A DNA stretch of 64,000 nt from Thainema sp. Lineage in GTDB: Bacteria; Cyanobacteriota; Cyanobacteriia; Phormidesmidales; Phormidesmidaceae. The translations under genes were made by a program, and so were the position numbers. Positions 19,875-30,270 of this stretch are shown here, piece after piece. Position 1 is the stretch's first letter. Each line of letters begins with the position of its first letter. The notes beneath the pieces are model-generated. The model had not been told where the DNA came from and made no database searches. It was given only the letters and a program-made list of their open reading frames with translations. The DNA is taken from NCBI GenBank assembly GCA_052168235.1, contig JBQLZK010000006.1, positions 96,001 through 160,000 of the forward strand. The letters run 5' to 3'.

Positions 19875-21362
19875 ATGTTAGAAACCTTAGATCTGTCCCT
19901 GTCGCTGGACAAAGACACCTATAAAACCCAGATGAAGTCGCTGATGCAGCAGTTGCGGCAGCTTCAGAAAATGTGTTGGGAATCGGGATTGCCGTTTGTG
20001 ATTGTGTTGGAAGGCTGGGCGGCAGCGGGCAAGGGCAACATCGTCAAAATTGGCGCAGACTGCATGGATCCACGCGGCTTTCAGGTGCATCCCATCTGGC
20101 CGCCAACGGCGGAGGAAAAGCAGTATCCGTTTCTCTGGCGGTTTTGGCAAAAGCTGCCGGGGAAGGGTAGCGTAGCGCTGTTCTACCACAGTTGGTATAC
20201 CCATGTGCTGGAGGATCGGCTGTTTGATCGGGTGCCTGCGGAGGATGTGCCGACGGCGATGCGTCATATCAATGCTTTTGAACGCCAGTTGGCCGATGAA
20301 GGAGTTGCGATCGCAAAATTTTGGGTTCATCTCAGTAAGAAGGAGATGAAGAAGCGGCTGAAAAAATACGCCGACGATCCGCTGGAAGCGTGGCGGGTGC
20401 GCCCGGAGGACTGGCAGCAGCAGAAAAACTACAAGCAGTACACCGAATATGCCGAGGAAATGCTCACCTATACCAGCACTGGCCCTGCGCCTTGGACGCT
20501 GGTGGAAGGAGATTGCAGTCGCTGGGCGGAACTGAAAGTCTGGACGCAGGTGGCGGCCACGCTGACGACAGCACTCGATCGGCAAAAGATCACCTGTGTT
20601 GCGCCAAAGCTAGAACCCCAAACTCATCTCACGCCAGCGGAACCAGATTTGCTAGCTCAGGTGGATCTAAAGCAAAACCTATCGCCGGAAGACTATAAGC
20701 AGCAGTTGCGTGAGGCGCAAATTAAGCTGCGGGAACTCCAGTTGCGGATTTTTGAGCAGCAGGTGCCTGTCCTGGCCATCTTTGAAGGTTGGGATGCGGC
20801 GGGTAAGGGAGGTGCAATCAAGCGGCTAACGGCAACGCTCGATCCGCGCAGCTACAAAGTGCATCCCTTTGCCGCACCAACGGATGAAGAAAAGGCGCAC
20901 CACTACCTCTGGCGCTTCTGGCGACGCTTACCTCGGGCAGGCCAAATTGGTATCTTCGATCGCAGTTGGTATGGTCGGGTGCTGGTCGAACGGGTGGAAG
21001 GATTTGCCACTGAAACCGAATGGCGACGGGCTTATCAGGAAATCAACGAGTTTGAACTCCAGCTCACCAGCGCAGGCTATGTTTTAGTGAAATTCTGGCT
21101 GCACATTAGCCAAGAAGAACAGCTTGCACGTTTCGAGTCTCGCGGTGACGATCCGTTCAAGCAGCATAAGCTGACGGAAGAAGACTGGCGCAACCGCGAT
21201 CAGTGGGATTTATACTACGTTGCCGTCAACCAAATGGTGCAGCGCACGAGTACCCCGCAAGCGCCCTGGCATATCATCGCTGGCAATCACAAGTATCACG
21301 CCCGCGTGCAGGTCGTACAAACGGTAACGGAAGCAATGGAACGGGCGTTGAAGAAGCGTTGA
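19875..21362 (+). CDS. pap: Polyphosphate:AMP phosphotransferase (two-domain PPK2)
   Basis: Two PPK2 domains: EGWAAAGKG and EGWDAAGKGG, FDRSWYGRVLVERV. Confidence 0.92.
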   Translation: MLETLDLSLSLDKDTYKTQMKSLMQQLRQLQKMCWESGLPFVIVLEGWAAAGKGNIVKIGADCMDPRGFQVHPIWPPTAEEKQYPFLWRFWQKLPGKGSVALFYHSWYTHVLEDRLFDRVPAEDVPTAMRHINAFERQLADEGVAIAKFWVHLSKKEMKKRLKKYADDPLEAWRVRPEDWQQQKNYKQYTEYAEEMLTYTSTGPAPWTLVEGDCSRWAELKVWTQVAATLTTALDRQKITCVAPKLEPQTHLTPAEPDLLAQVDLKQNLSPEDYKQQLREAQIKLRELQLRIFEQQVPVLAIFEGWDAAGKGGAIKRLTATLDPRSYKVHPFAAPTDEEKAHHYLWRFWRRLPRAGQIGIFDRSWYGRVLVERVEGFATETEWRRAYQEINEFELQLTSAGYVLVKFWLHISQEEQLARFESRGDDPFKQHKLTEEDWRNRDQWDLYYVAVNQMVQRTSTPQAPWHIIAGNHKYHARVQVVQTVTEAMERALKKR

Positions 21363-21433
21363 GCGACAAAGAGCCAATCATTTCAAGCTAATGTTTAGAC
21401 CAAACTCTGTTTTAAGACGATTTATGCCGAGGT

Positions 21434-22330
21434 TTAATGTTTAGGTTTGCTCAATTGCTTGAATGTTCCAGGTCTCAGCAAACCATTTGCGATCGCAGTT
21501 CCTAATAACACCAACCCACAGCCTAAAATCATCGGAATTGTAATTGCTTCGCCCAGTGCGATCGCACCCCAGAGCATCGCAAATAACGGAATCAGATAGG
21601 CCACCGTCAGGGTTTTAGTAGGGCCAATGTTTTCAATCAGTCGAAAGTACAGCACATAGGCCACTGCCGTTGACAGCAGAGCCAGCGCGATCACTGCGGC
21701 CACAACGCCAGTCGTTGGTCGGGAGAGCGGCACAGTAAACGGCAGCACAGGCACAAGCAGACAGGCTGCACTCAGTTGACTGCCCGAAGCGATCACCAAT
21801 GAGGGAACGCCAGCCAGTGTTTTCTTGATATAAGGAGCTGCGATCGCATACATCAATGCCGCCGACAGGCCAGCCACGACCGCAGTTAAAAAGGCAGGCG
21901 TCGCATTGATTGCCTCCCAGCCCACCAGGACGACAACGCCTGTAAACCCCAGGGCAAACCCAATTGACCCCAGCAACGTGGGTTTTTCATGCAGCCAGAC
22001 GAGCGCCACAACGGTACCAAACAGCGGCACGGTTGCATTCAAAATCGCGGTGAATCCCGCCGGTAGTGAAACCGTGGCAAACGCAAACAGGACAAAGGGT
22101 AGTGCAGTATTCAGTGCACCCACAACCAGCAGCGGCAGCCAGTGGCGACGCACTTCACGCAGCAGATCCAGCCGGATCAGCAGCGGCAGCAAAGTCAAAC
22201 CTGCTAGCAACACCCGAAACTCAATCAGCCACACTGGGCCAAGTACGGGAGCCGCCACCCGCATAAACAAAAACGATCCACCCCAAAGCGATGCCAGCAA
22301 CAGCAGCTCTACAACATTCGAAATTTTCAT
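21434..22330 (-). CDS. DMT/EamA family transporter
   Basis: LWGGSFLF, AILNATVPLF, VAYLIPLF...GE; about ten TM segments. Confidence 0.92.
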   Translation of the reverse strand: MKISNVVELLLLASLWGGSFLFMRVAAPVLGPVWLIEFRVLLAGLTLLPLLIRLDLLREVRRHWLPLLVVGALNTALPFVLFAFATVSLPAGFTAILNATVPLFGTVVALVWLHEKPTLLGSIGFALGFTGVVVLVGWEAINATPAFLTAVVAGLSAALMYAIAAPYIKKTLAGVPSLVIASGSQLSAACLLVPVLPFTVPLSRPTTGVVAAVIALALLSTAVAYVLYFRLIENIGPTKTLTVAYLIPLFAMLWGAIALGEAITIPMILGCGLVLLGTAIANGLLRPGTFKQLSKPKH

Positions 22331-22374
22331 AATGCACCTATTACTCTGACTCTCTTTACAGCCCTTTACAGCCT

Positions 22375-23244
22375 TTACTCCTTACTCCTCACTCCTTGCA
22401 CTGCTTCCCAACTCAACATCGTCGTCTTCCGCTCTAGTCCCCAGCGATAACCACCCAGTTCACCTGAAGCCCGAATCACCCGGTGACAGGGGATCAAGTA
22501 GCCAATCGGATTGCGGCCAATCGCGTTACCAATCGCTCTCGCTGCTGTGGGTCGCCCAATTGATACCGCTAAATCCTGATAGGTAGTCATGCCTGCAAAG
22601 GGAACATTGAGCAGCGCCCGCCAAGCCTGAATTTGAAAGTTCGTGCCTTTAACGTGGAGTACTACAGGTGAATTATATTGAATTACGGAAAAGATGCGAT
22701 CGCACAGTTCTCCACTGATTTGTTGATCCTGCACAATCTCCGCATTGGCCCATTCAGCTTGTAAATGTTGCTCGGCTAACCTTACGTCCGGCTGATCGAG
22801 AAAGTGTAGATTGCAGATGCCTCGTGGAGTGGTTGCAATCAGACAGTGACCAAAGGGTGTGCCGTGAATCCCATAGCGAATCTGCAAGCCTGCGCCATTG
22901 GCTTTGAATTCACCGGGTGACATGGCTTCCAAGTTCACGAACAGATCATGCAGTCGCCCCGGACTGGATAAACCTGCGTCTGCCGTTAGATCCAGCAGGC
23001 TCTTCGTTTCTGCAATTTTCGACTTGGCATATTCAACCGTCAGGTACTGCGAAAACCGCTTCGGACTGATCCCAGCCCACTGGGTAAACAGCCGCTGAAA
23101 ATGGTACTCACTGAGATGAACCTGTTGGGCAACGGTTTTCAAGTCCGGCTGATCGAGATGGTGCTGCCGCATAAATGCGATCGCACGTGCCATCCGCTCA
23201 TAGGTATCACTGTTCGGAACCGTGATGTCTGATTGAGATTTCAT
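22375..23244 (-). CDS. Bifunctional AraC-HTH / methylated-DNA-protein-cysteine S-methyltransferase (Ada-like)
   Basis: LSEYHFQRLF..WAGISPK HTH; GTNFQ, ARAIGNA, PCHRV active site. Confidence 0.93.
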   Translation of the reverse strand: MKSQSDITVPNSDTYERMARAIAFMRQHHLDQPDLKTVAQQVHLSEYHFQRLFTQWAGISPKRFSQYLTVEYAKSKIAETKSLLDLTADAGLSSPGRLHDLFVNLEAMSPGEFKANGAGLQIRYGIHGTPFGHCLIATTPRGICNLHFLDQPDVRLAEQHLQAEWANAEIVQDQQISGELCDRIFSVIQYNSPVVLHVKGTNFQIQAWRALLNVPFAGMTTYQDLAVSIGRPTAARAIGNAIGRNPIGYLIPCHRVIRASGELGGYRWGLERKTTMLSWEAVQGVRSKE

Positions 23245-23376
23245 GAAGACAGCTCATTCAAACGTGATTGTGTACGATACCGTTTCGCTTTTGGAGGCTA
23301 TAAATTGGTTTCGCTCGGTAGTTTGTATGCGTTTGATCCTCTACGACACGGCAAAGCCGACTGCACATACACACTA

Positions 23377-23415
23377 AAATCGCCAATCTAAAATCGCCAA
23401 TCCAAAATCCAAAAT
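23377..23415 (+). repeat. Heptamer STRR array
   Basis: AAAATCG CCAATCT AAAATCG CCAATCC AAAATCC AAAATC. Confidence 0.8.
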
Positions 23416-23533
23416 CAGTATCAACCACTGTATCGACTGCGGTGCTAATCAACCACCCATTTCTTGCGGTAAAGTCCCAAAAAACGAATGTGTCGCCGTA
23501 TTCACGGCGACACATTCGCGTCTTGTAAATCAT

Positions 23534-24616
23534 CTATGCGATCGTAATTTCAGGCGATAAATACACGTCCTGAATCATGTGGAACAGCTTGACGCCTTCT
23601 TCCATTGGTCGCTGGAATGTCTTACGACCCGAGATCAAACCGCAGCCACCAGCCCGCTTATTGACTACCGCAGTGCGAATCGCCTCGGCAAAGTCGTCCT
23701 TGCCCGATGCGCCACCGGAATTAATCAATCCCGCCCGTCCGGCGTAGCAGTTCAGCACCTGATAGCGGGTCAGGTCAATCGGGTGATCACTAGAGAGTTC
23801 GTCGTAAACTAAGTCACTCGTCTTGCCGTAGCTCTTGCCCGTAGCCTGTGCCACTGCGCCATAGCCGTTATTCACATTGGGCAGCTTTTGCTTGATGATA
23901 TCGGCCTCAATCGTTGCGCCGATGTGATTCGCCTGTCCGGTCAGATCGGCGGCAAGATGATAATCCTTATCCTGTTTAAAGACGTTATTGCGGATGTAGC
24001 ACCAGAGAATCGTGGCCATACCCAGTTCATGAGCACGAGCAAAGGCTTCTCGCACCTCAATAATCTGGCGGTTTGATTCCGGTGAGCCGAAGTACACGGT
24101 CGCACCCACGGCCACAGCACCCAAATTCCAAGCCTGCTCTACCGACGAGAACATGATTTGGTCATATTCGTTGGGGTAGGTCAGCAGCTCGCTGTGGTTT
24201 AATTTGACGATGAACGGAATCTTGTGGGCGTACTTGCGAGAAACGCTGCCCAACACGCCGAGCGTGGTCGCGACGGCATTGCAGCCACCTTCAATCGCCA
24301 GTTTGAGAATATTTTCGGGATCAAAGTAAATCGGGTTGGGCGCAAACGATGCGGCGGCTGAATGTTCAATTCCCTGGTCAACGGGCAGAATTGACATATA
24401 TCCAGTATTGGCCAACCGTCCAGTGCCATAAAGCTGCTGTAAACTACGCAGCACCTGCGGATTGCGATCGCTGTGGCTAAAAATACGATCGACCCAGTCG
24501 GGGCTTGGCAAATGCAGTAAGTCCTTCGAGACCTTTGCCTGGTACATCAGCAGATTTTCGGCCTCATCGCCTAGAAGTGACTCAATCGACTGTGGCGAAG
24601 AAAGTGTTGCAACCAC
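23534..24616 (-). CDS. fbaB: Class I fructose-bisphosphate aldolase
   Basis: [37 protein letters not shown]; start set at GTG 24616 preceded by AGGA. Confidence 0.95.
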   Translation of the reverse strand: MVATLSSPQSIESLLGDEAENLLMYQAKVSKDLLHLPSPDWVDRIFSHSDRNPQVLRSLQQLYGTGRLANTGYMSILPVDQGIEHSAAASFAPNPIYFDPENILKLAIEGGCNAVATTLGVLGSVSRKYAHKIPFIVKLNHSELLTYPNEYDQIMFSSVEQAWNLGAVAVGATVYFGSPESNRQIIEVREAFARAHELGMATILWCYIRNNVFKQDKDYHLAADLTGQANHIGATIEADIIKQKLPNVNNGYGAVAQATGKSYGKTSDLVYDELSSDHPIDLTRYQVLNCYAGRAGLINSGGASGKDDFAEAIRTAVVNKRAGGCGLISGRKTFQRPMEEGVKLFHMIQDVYLSPEITIA

Positions 24617-24674
24617 GGCAGTAATCCTAAATTCAACAATGAGAAAAGAGAATTGACGTTCAGTCTGGGTGTGA

Positions 24675-24779
24675 TAAGTAGCTGCACACAAACAAATGCA
24701 CAACTTAAAAACTGGGGGCTCGCCGTTCCGGGGCATCTCCCCCGACTTTTACCTGCGTTTATTTATGCCAACCTACTTA
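24675..24779. mobile_element. TA-ended MITE-like element, type TAAGTAG
   Basis: Left TAAGTAGCTGCACACAAACAAATGCA versus reverse complement of right end TAAGTAGGTTGGCATAAATAAACGCA; internal G/C hairpin. Confidence 0.65.
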
Positions 24780-24780
24780 C

Positions 24781-24887
24781 TTATAGCAGTAGCCGTATCG
24801 GTTAAGACATCGGGAAACTCTGAAAACGGTCGAAGGTTTGAACGTCGGATTGTGTAACTGTCTCAACCCAAATGATGACGACTATAA
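24781..24887. mobile_element. TA-ended MITE-like element, type TATAG
   Basis: TTATAGCAGTAGCCGTATCGGTTAAGACA ... TGTCTCAACCCAAATGATGACGACTATAA imperfect TIRs. Confidence 0.6.
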
Positions 24888-24969
24888 AATGCTCTTTTCT
24901 CCCCCAAGGCTATCTCACCTTGCCGGATTGAAAGGTCTATTTATTGACAGATATTCCTAAAGAAATTCT

Positions 24970-25338
24970 ATGGTTTTACACTGCCACGACGTATTTCTAA
25001 CCTTAGCAACTGTAAAGTTTGAGCCACTTGTGGCGTTTTATCAGCAGCTTTTCGAACAGCCACCCCAGCCCCACATTCCCCAGTCCTACGCTGAGTTTCA
25101 TCTCCCTGGGCTGCGGCTAGCGATCTTTCAGCCTAGAGCCGATCACGCGGCAGAGTTTAGCGCACCCTCTAGTGGCGGCATGAGCTTATGTGTGGAAGTG
25201 GAAAACTTGGAAAGTGCGATCGCGCATTTAACTCATATGGGCTATCCACCCACGCAGCCCATTATTACCGCATCCCACGGTCGAGAAATCTACATTACCG
25301 ATCCCGATGGCAATCGGCTGATTCTCCATCAGTCATAA
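24970..25338 (+). CDS. VOC/glyoxalase family protein
   Basis: FYQQLF, YAEF, LCVEVENLE, HGREIYITDPDGNRL. Confidence 0.9.
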   Translation: MVLHCHDVFLTLATVKFEPLVAFYQQLFEQPPQPHIPQSYAEFHLPGLRLAIFQPRADHAAEFSAPSSGGMSLCVEVENLESAIAHLTHMGYPPTQPIITASHGREIYITDPDGNRLILHQS

Positions 25339-25340
25339 CT

Positions 25341-25407
25341 GTAGGGGCGGGTCTAGCCGATCAGCGATCATCACAGATCCAAACTGGTCAACAAAATCCG
25401 CCCCTAC
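25341..25407. repeat. GTAG-type REP/REPIN-like element
   Basis: GTAGGGGCGG...CCGCCCCTAC between convergent genes. Confidence 0.75.
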
Positions 25408-25439
25408 CTAGCGTTTCGTTCTACGACAATCTTGGAACA

Positions 25440-27224
25440 CTATACAGGTAGCGCCACATCAACTGCACCGGAACTCATGGCCCCAGAGTAAACCAGCCCC
25501 CGCTGCATATCCAGGGTCAAAATCGCCCCATCCCGAATCACATGGGTGGCATCTTTCACACCAACAATGACCGGAATTCCCAGCCTCAGGCCAATCACAG
25601 CCGCATGACTGGTCAGGCTGTCTTCTTCCGTGACAATGCCGCCTGCCTTACGAATGGCTTCCACATAGTCAGAACTCGTAGACGGTACAACCAAGATTTC
25701 TCCGGGGTTGAAGCGGCTGATGTCCATTGCCGTAGCGGAGACTCTCGCTCGACCGCTGACCGTGCCTTGACCAATGCCAACACCGCGACCTAAGACGGCT
25801 GTAACGACTTCTACCTTGATCAGGTCGGTTGAACCCGCCACGCCCTGAAGCGTACCTGCGGTCATTACGACTAGATCCCCTTCATCCAGTAAATGTTTCT
25901 CCTGTGCGACATTCAGTGCCGCCTTGAACGTTTGACCAGTTGAAGGCAAATCCAGTACTAGCAGCGGCTTTACGCCCCAAACGAGCTGAAGCTGTCGTGC
26001 GACATCTACGTGAGGCGTCACGGCTAAGATCGGTTTTTCGGGTCGGAACTTCGATACGTTACGGGCGGTGGCTCCGGTTTTGGTCAGCGTCATAATTGCT
26101 GACGCGTCTAACTGAGTTGCGATTCGCGCAACCGCGTGGCTGATTGCATTAGGTACAGAACGCCCTGGTGTGCTTTCGACGTTGCAGACAATCTGCTCTT
26201 TCTCGATCCGGCGAGCAATCCGCGCCATCGTGGCAACCGCTTCTACTGGATGGCTACCGACTGCCGTTTCGTTGGACAGCATGACCGCATCAGTGCCGTC
26301 CAGAATCGCATTCGCTACGTCCGAAATTTCAGCCCGAGTCGGGCGGGGACTGTGTACCATGCTGTCGAGCATTTGGGTGGCCGTGATGACGGGAATGCCC
26401 AAGCGATTGGCTGTAATAATTAGCCGCTTTTGCAGTACAGGTACGTCTTCGGCAGGCAGCTCAACGCCGAGATCGCCCCGCGCCACCATGACGCCATCGC
26501 TAATCGAGAGAATGGCTTCCATCTGCTCGATCGCTTCGTGCTTTTCAATCTTAACCACGACGGGCGTTTGCTTCCCCGCGTTAGAAATCAGCTCCTTAAT
26601 TTCCAGGACATCTTGGGGATTGCGGACGAAGCTGAGTGCCACCCAATCGACGCCTTGATCGAGACCAAAAACGAGATCGCGTCGATCTTTATCAGTCAGA
26701 GCTTTAATCGAAAGGTAAACACCAGGGAAGTTTACGCCTTTGCTGTTGGACAGAACGCCACCCACCACCACTCGACAGTGGAGTTCACGCTTTTCCTGGT
26801 CAACCCGCTCGACGCGCATCTCGACGCGACCATCGTCCAGCAAAATGGTTGATCCCGCTGGCACTTCATCGGCCAGCAAATCGTAGGTGACAGAGCTAAT
26901 TTGCTTTGTCCCAACCACTGGCTCACTGGTCAAGATGAACGGATCGCCTCGCTCTAGGGTGATTGAACCCTGTTCAAATTTGCCTAAGCGAATTTTGGGC
27001 CCCTGCAAGTCCTGAAGAATGCCTACAGGCTGATTCAGTTCAAAGGATACCTGACGAATCAGCCGAATGCTGCGCTGGTGATCCTCATGGGTTCCGTGAG
27101 AAAAGTTAAGCCGTAACGTCGTGGCTCCGGCTTCAATCAAATCCCGTAATACATCGGCATGGCTAGTTGCAGGGCCGATTGTGGCTACAATTTTGGTTCG
27201 CCGTAGAGCTTGTCGCAGTTGCAT
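25440..27224 (-). CDS. pyk: Pyruvate kinase with C-terminal PEP-utilising swivel domain
   Basis: RRTKIVATIGPA, RLNFSHG, DLQGPKIR, MVARGDLGVE, ATQMLDSM, TSHAAV. Confidence 0.98.
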   Translation of the reverse strand: MQLRQALRRTKIVATIGPATSHADVLRDLIEAGATTLRLNFSHGTHEDHQRSIRLIRQVSFELNQPVGILQDLQGPKIRLGKFEQGSITLERGDPFILTSEPVVGTKQISSVTYDLLADEVPAGSTILLDDGRVEMRVERVDQEKRELHCRVVVGGVLSNSKGVNFPGVYLSIKALTDKDRRDLVFGLDQGVDWVALSFVRNPQDVLEIKELISNAGKQTPVVVKIEKHEAIEQMEAILSISDGVMVARGDLGVELPAEDVPVLQKRLIITANRLGIPVITATQMLDSMVHSPRPTRAEISDVANAILDGTDAVMLSNETAVGSHPVEAVATMARIARRIEKEQIVCNVESTPGRSVPNAISHAVARIATQLDASAIMTLTKTGATARNVSKFRPEKPILAVTPHVDVARQLQLVWGVKPLLVLDLPSTGQTFKAALNVAQEKHLLDEGDLVVMTAGTLQGVAGSTDLIKVEVVTAVLGRGVGIGQGTVSGRARVSATAMDISRFNPGEILVVPSTSSDYVEAIRKAGGIVTEEDSLTSHAAVIGLRLGIPVIVGVKDATHVIRDGAILTLDMQRGLVYSGAMSSGAVDVALPV

Positions 27225-27478
27225 AGGAGAGGCAGCAGTTTAAAACAGAACCGTACTAGAATCTCTATCCTAGAGCGGATAGGCAACTCGGATACTACCA
27301 CGTTGGTGAATAGTTAGAGTGCCAGTTATTTGGCTGAACCTGATCGGTTCCTGCCGACGCCCAATGGAAGCCGTTCGAAAGCAGGCAGACCGAATTCCCC
27401 CTAGCTGTTTGCTGTTTGTGGTTTCGCCAAAAGACGTCCAGAAGTTGCCAGAACCGCCAGACGGGGTTGAGCATTGGC

Positions 27479-28414
27479 TTAAACCGGCTGTACCATGCGC
27501 TGGAGATAGGACTGTACCTCTACTAAGGCCTCAGCGGCGTGGCGCAAATGAACTTCGAGCTGTTCTTTGCGATTGAGCAGCACCCGCAGTTTGCGATAGC
27601 GGGCAATTGCCATGCTTACAGTCGGCAGTTGCTCTGAGGGGCAAGGGCGACACCATAAGCGGCCATCAGCGTCTAAACCACAAAGCTGATAGCGGCTGTC
27701 GGCATTAAAAGATGGATGGCTAGCGGATGCTGGCAGTGTTTCGGTTGGTTCATTGCTGGCATCAGCCGATTCGCTAGCTGCTGTAGATTCACAAATTTTT
27801 TCAACGTATTGGAGAAGCTCTTCTCCTTCTGCATTGCGCAAAATGGCGGTGTCAATATCAACCTGGGCTGAAGATGATTCCTTTTCTTGTTCGAGCCAAC
27901 CGTTGACAATGGGGCCTTCAGCATACAAATCCTGAATTTGCACAATGACCTGCCGTAATTCCGCTTGCCAGCGTTCAACGGTTAAACTGATCTCTCGGGC
28001 TAGGCTGAGTGGTAATTCTGTGTTAAAGCTGTGGCGATGATTGCTGAAGCTTGGCAACTTAAACTTGGGTAGCGACAAGGGTTGAGCCGCGCTGTGCTGG
28101 GCGGGAAAAGGCTGTACGGTAGGAGGTGGCGTGCCCATCACCTTTTTGCTGGGTTGGGGGGGAGATTGAATCGTTGCCGTTTGGGCTGGAACAGTCTGGG
28201 CTGAAGTGGCGTTTGATTTGGTTCCTGCTTGGGATGAACGGGCTGATTTTGCGATCGCAAATGACACTCCCTGGGCTGATCGGCTGCGGGATGAGGACTG
28301 GCCAGATGAAGTCACTGACGCCGCAGTTTGCGAGACATGCGAAACAGTCGATGTGGCAGCTGTGTTTAGACGCCGCAACGTGGCTTCTATGCGCTGGAGA
28401 TCCTGCTTCATCAT
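27479..28414 (-). CDS. Conserved cyanobacterial hypothetical protein
   Basis: 311-aa ORF; low-complexity N-terminus, IQDLYAEGPIVNGWLE and YQLCGLDADG...CRPCP.EQ...VSMAIARY blocks; RBS GGAAG. Confidence 0.75.
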   Translation of the reverse strand: MMKQDLQRIEATLRRLNTAATSTVSHVSQTAASVTSSGQSSSRSRSAQGVSFAIAKSARSSQAGTKSNATSAQTVPAQTATIQSPPQPSKKVMGTPPPTVQPFPAQHSAAQPLSLPKFKLPSFSNHRHSFNTELPLSLAREISLTVERWQAELRQVIVQIQDLYAEGPIVNGWLEQEKESSSAQVDIDTAILRNAEGEELLQYVEKICESTAASESADASNEPTETLPASASHPSFNADSRYQLCGLDADGRLWCRPCPSEQLPTVSMAIARYRKLRVLLNRKEQLEVHLRHAAEALVEVQSYLQRMVQPV

Positions 28415-28526
28415 GACCTGTTCTTCCTTGCGTTCGTCAGTAGGGATTTGCCAGTGGGAAAGGAGTTGCCCAAATTAAATCACAGTTTTTCCAAAACGAC
28501 GCTTAGTACATGAAAAATTATTCGTA

Positions 28527-29126
28527 ATGACCGAGCCATCGACCATTTCATCCACCATTTTAGTAACTGGCCCAGCTCGCTCCGGTAAAAGTGAATGGGC
28601 CGAGCGATTGGCGACTCAGCCCCATCTGCCCGTTATTTACATTGCGACCGCCCAGACTGATCCCACCGATCCCGAATGGCAACAGCGGATTGAGGCGCAT
28701 CGCCAGCGGCGATCGCAAACTTGGCAAACGGTAGAAGCCCCGATAGATTTGGTTAAAACCCTGCAAACCCAAACGTTCGTATCTTCGCCGTCTTCGCCAC
28801 GCTGTTTGCTGATTGACTCGCTCGGCACCTGGTTGGCCAACTGTTTGGAACAAGCCGATGCCGAATGGCATCAAACTCAACAGGATTTGTTACATACGGT
28901 GCAGCAAATTCGTCAGCAGTCGCGTCACCACCTAATTTTTGTGGCGGAAGAGACGGGCTGGAGCGTTGTGCCAGCGTATCCCTTGGGCCGCTTATTCCGC
29001 GATCGCATGGGGATGCTGACGCGACAACTGGGTGCGATCGCAGATGCCGTTTACTTGGTGACAGGCGGTTATGCCTTAGATTTAGCACAGCTCGGTCAAC
29101 CCATTGATTCTGGCTTGTCCGATTAG
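28527..29126 (+). CDS. cobU: Bifunctional adenosylcobinamide kinase / guanylyltransferase
   Basis: LVTGPARSGKSEWAE, YIATA, RIEAHRQRR, LIDSLGTW, EETGWSVVP, GRLFRD. Confidence 0.95.
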   Translation: MTEPSTISSTILVTGPARSGKSEWAERLATQPHLPVIYIATAQTDPTDPEWQQRIEAHRQRRSQTWQTVEAPIDLVKTLQTQTFVSSPSSPRCLLIDSLGTWLANCLEQADAEWHQTQQDLLHTVQQIRQQSRHHLIFVAEETGWSVVPAYPLGRLFRDRMGMLTRQLGAIADAVYLVTGGYALDLAQLGQPIDSGLSD

Positions 29127-29411
29127 TTGGTTTGATTTAGTTGGCTTGATTCGGCGTCGTGCAGAGGCATCATGCCGAATAGATTTCAACTCAGTACCAA
29201 AAGCCTCAAACTAAACGACAACGATCCTGGCAACTTCTATTAAGATCCCGATAAAGGATGCCATCAGAATCAAGATTTTAGTAAAAGATGCCACGGTGCA
29301 GATCTGGGTCTCGTGACTGTAGATTTTGCGTCCGTCCTATGCAAAAGTCTTAAATGCGTAGCCCCAACCAATTTGTGATGGTGTGAGGACGATACGGAGG
29401 GAAGATAGAAC

Positions 29412-30092
29412 GTGAACATTTTCGAAATATTTAGCCGTGGCGGATTCGCCATGTGGCCGCTGCTGATTCTGTCGATTTTGGCCGTCGGCACCATCATTGA
29501 GCGCATTTGGTTTTGGTCAAAAATTCTCAACAAAGAGCGGGAAGTTGCCGATCGAGTGCTCAATGCGGCTCGTGACAGTTGGCTAGCGGCCACCGATGTG
29601 TCTCGTCAGGCCCGTGCCTTACCAATGGGTCGAGTCCTTTACAGGGCGTTACATCTCGTCAATCCGGAGCCTGAAGTGTTTCGGCTGGCGCTCGAAACGG
29701 CTGCAAACGAAGAGATTGCCGCCATGCGACGCGGGGAAAAGCTGTTGGAGGCAACGATTGCTCTGGCACCGCTGTTGGGATTACTTGGTACCGTACTCGG
29801 CTTGATTAATTCACTTGGTTCCATCCGTTTGGGTGAACTTGGCACAGATGCGACTTCCGGTGTCACCCTGGGGATTGGTGAATCGCTGATCAGTACGGCG
29901 GCTGGACTCGTTGTGGCAATTATTGCGCTCGTGTTTTATCGCATTTTTCAATCGTTTGCCTTTAATCAAGCTAAAACCTTCAATCGCGCAGGTAGTGAAC
30001 TGGAACTGCTGTATCGGCAAGATTGGGCAAATACTGGCGGTATGCCGATGAAAGAGCTACCCACCGATCACCAGGAAAGTCCGGCTTTATAA
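29412..30092 (+). CDS. exbB: MotA/TolQ/ExbB proton channel family protein
   Basis: GGFAMWPL, APLLGLLGTVLGLI, GIGESLISTAAGL. Confidence 0.9.
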   Translation: MNIFEIFSRGGFAMWPLLILSILAVGTIIERIWFWSKILNKEREVADRVLNAARDSWLAATDVSRQARALPMGRVLYRALHLVNPEPEVFRLALETAANEEIAAMRRGEKLLEATIALAPLLGLLGTVLGLINSLGSIRLGELGTDATSGVTLGIGESLISTAAGLVVAIIALVFYRIFQSFAFNQAKTFNRAGSELELLYRQDWANTGGMPMKELPTDHQESPAL

Positions 30093-30270
30093 GCCGAATG
30101 CTGAAGAATGTTGAAGAATATTTAAGAGCAGGGATAGGAGGGCGGATTGCGATCGCAACCCCCATTTGCAACCCTAATTCGCAACCTCATCCACATCCCA
30201 TTCCAACCGACAGTCAACAGTCTGCAATCTGAACCCCAGGTAAAATCACGCAAACGGATCAACACTTTTT

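Noticed and set aside
23258..23533. 91-aa minus-strand ORF
   Set aside because: Its DFGFWIGDFRL segment is translated heptamer repeat; no protein motif.
29127..29411. Cobalamin riboswitch between cobU and exbB
   Set aside because: No B12-box or GGGAA...GCCCCCGC-type core seen.
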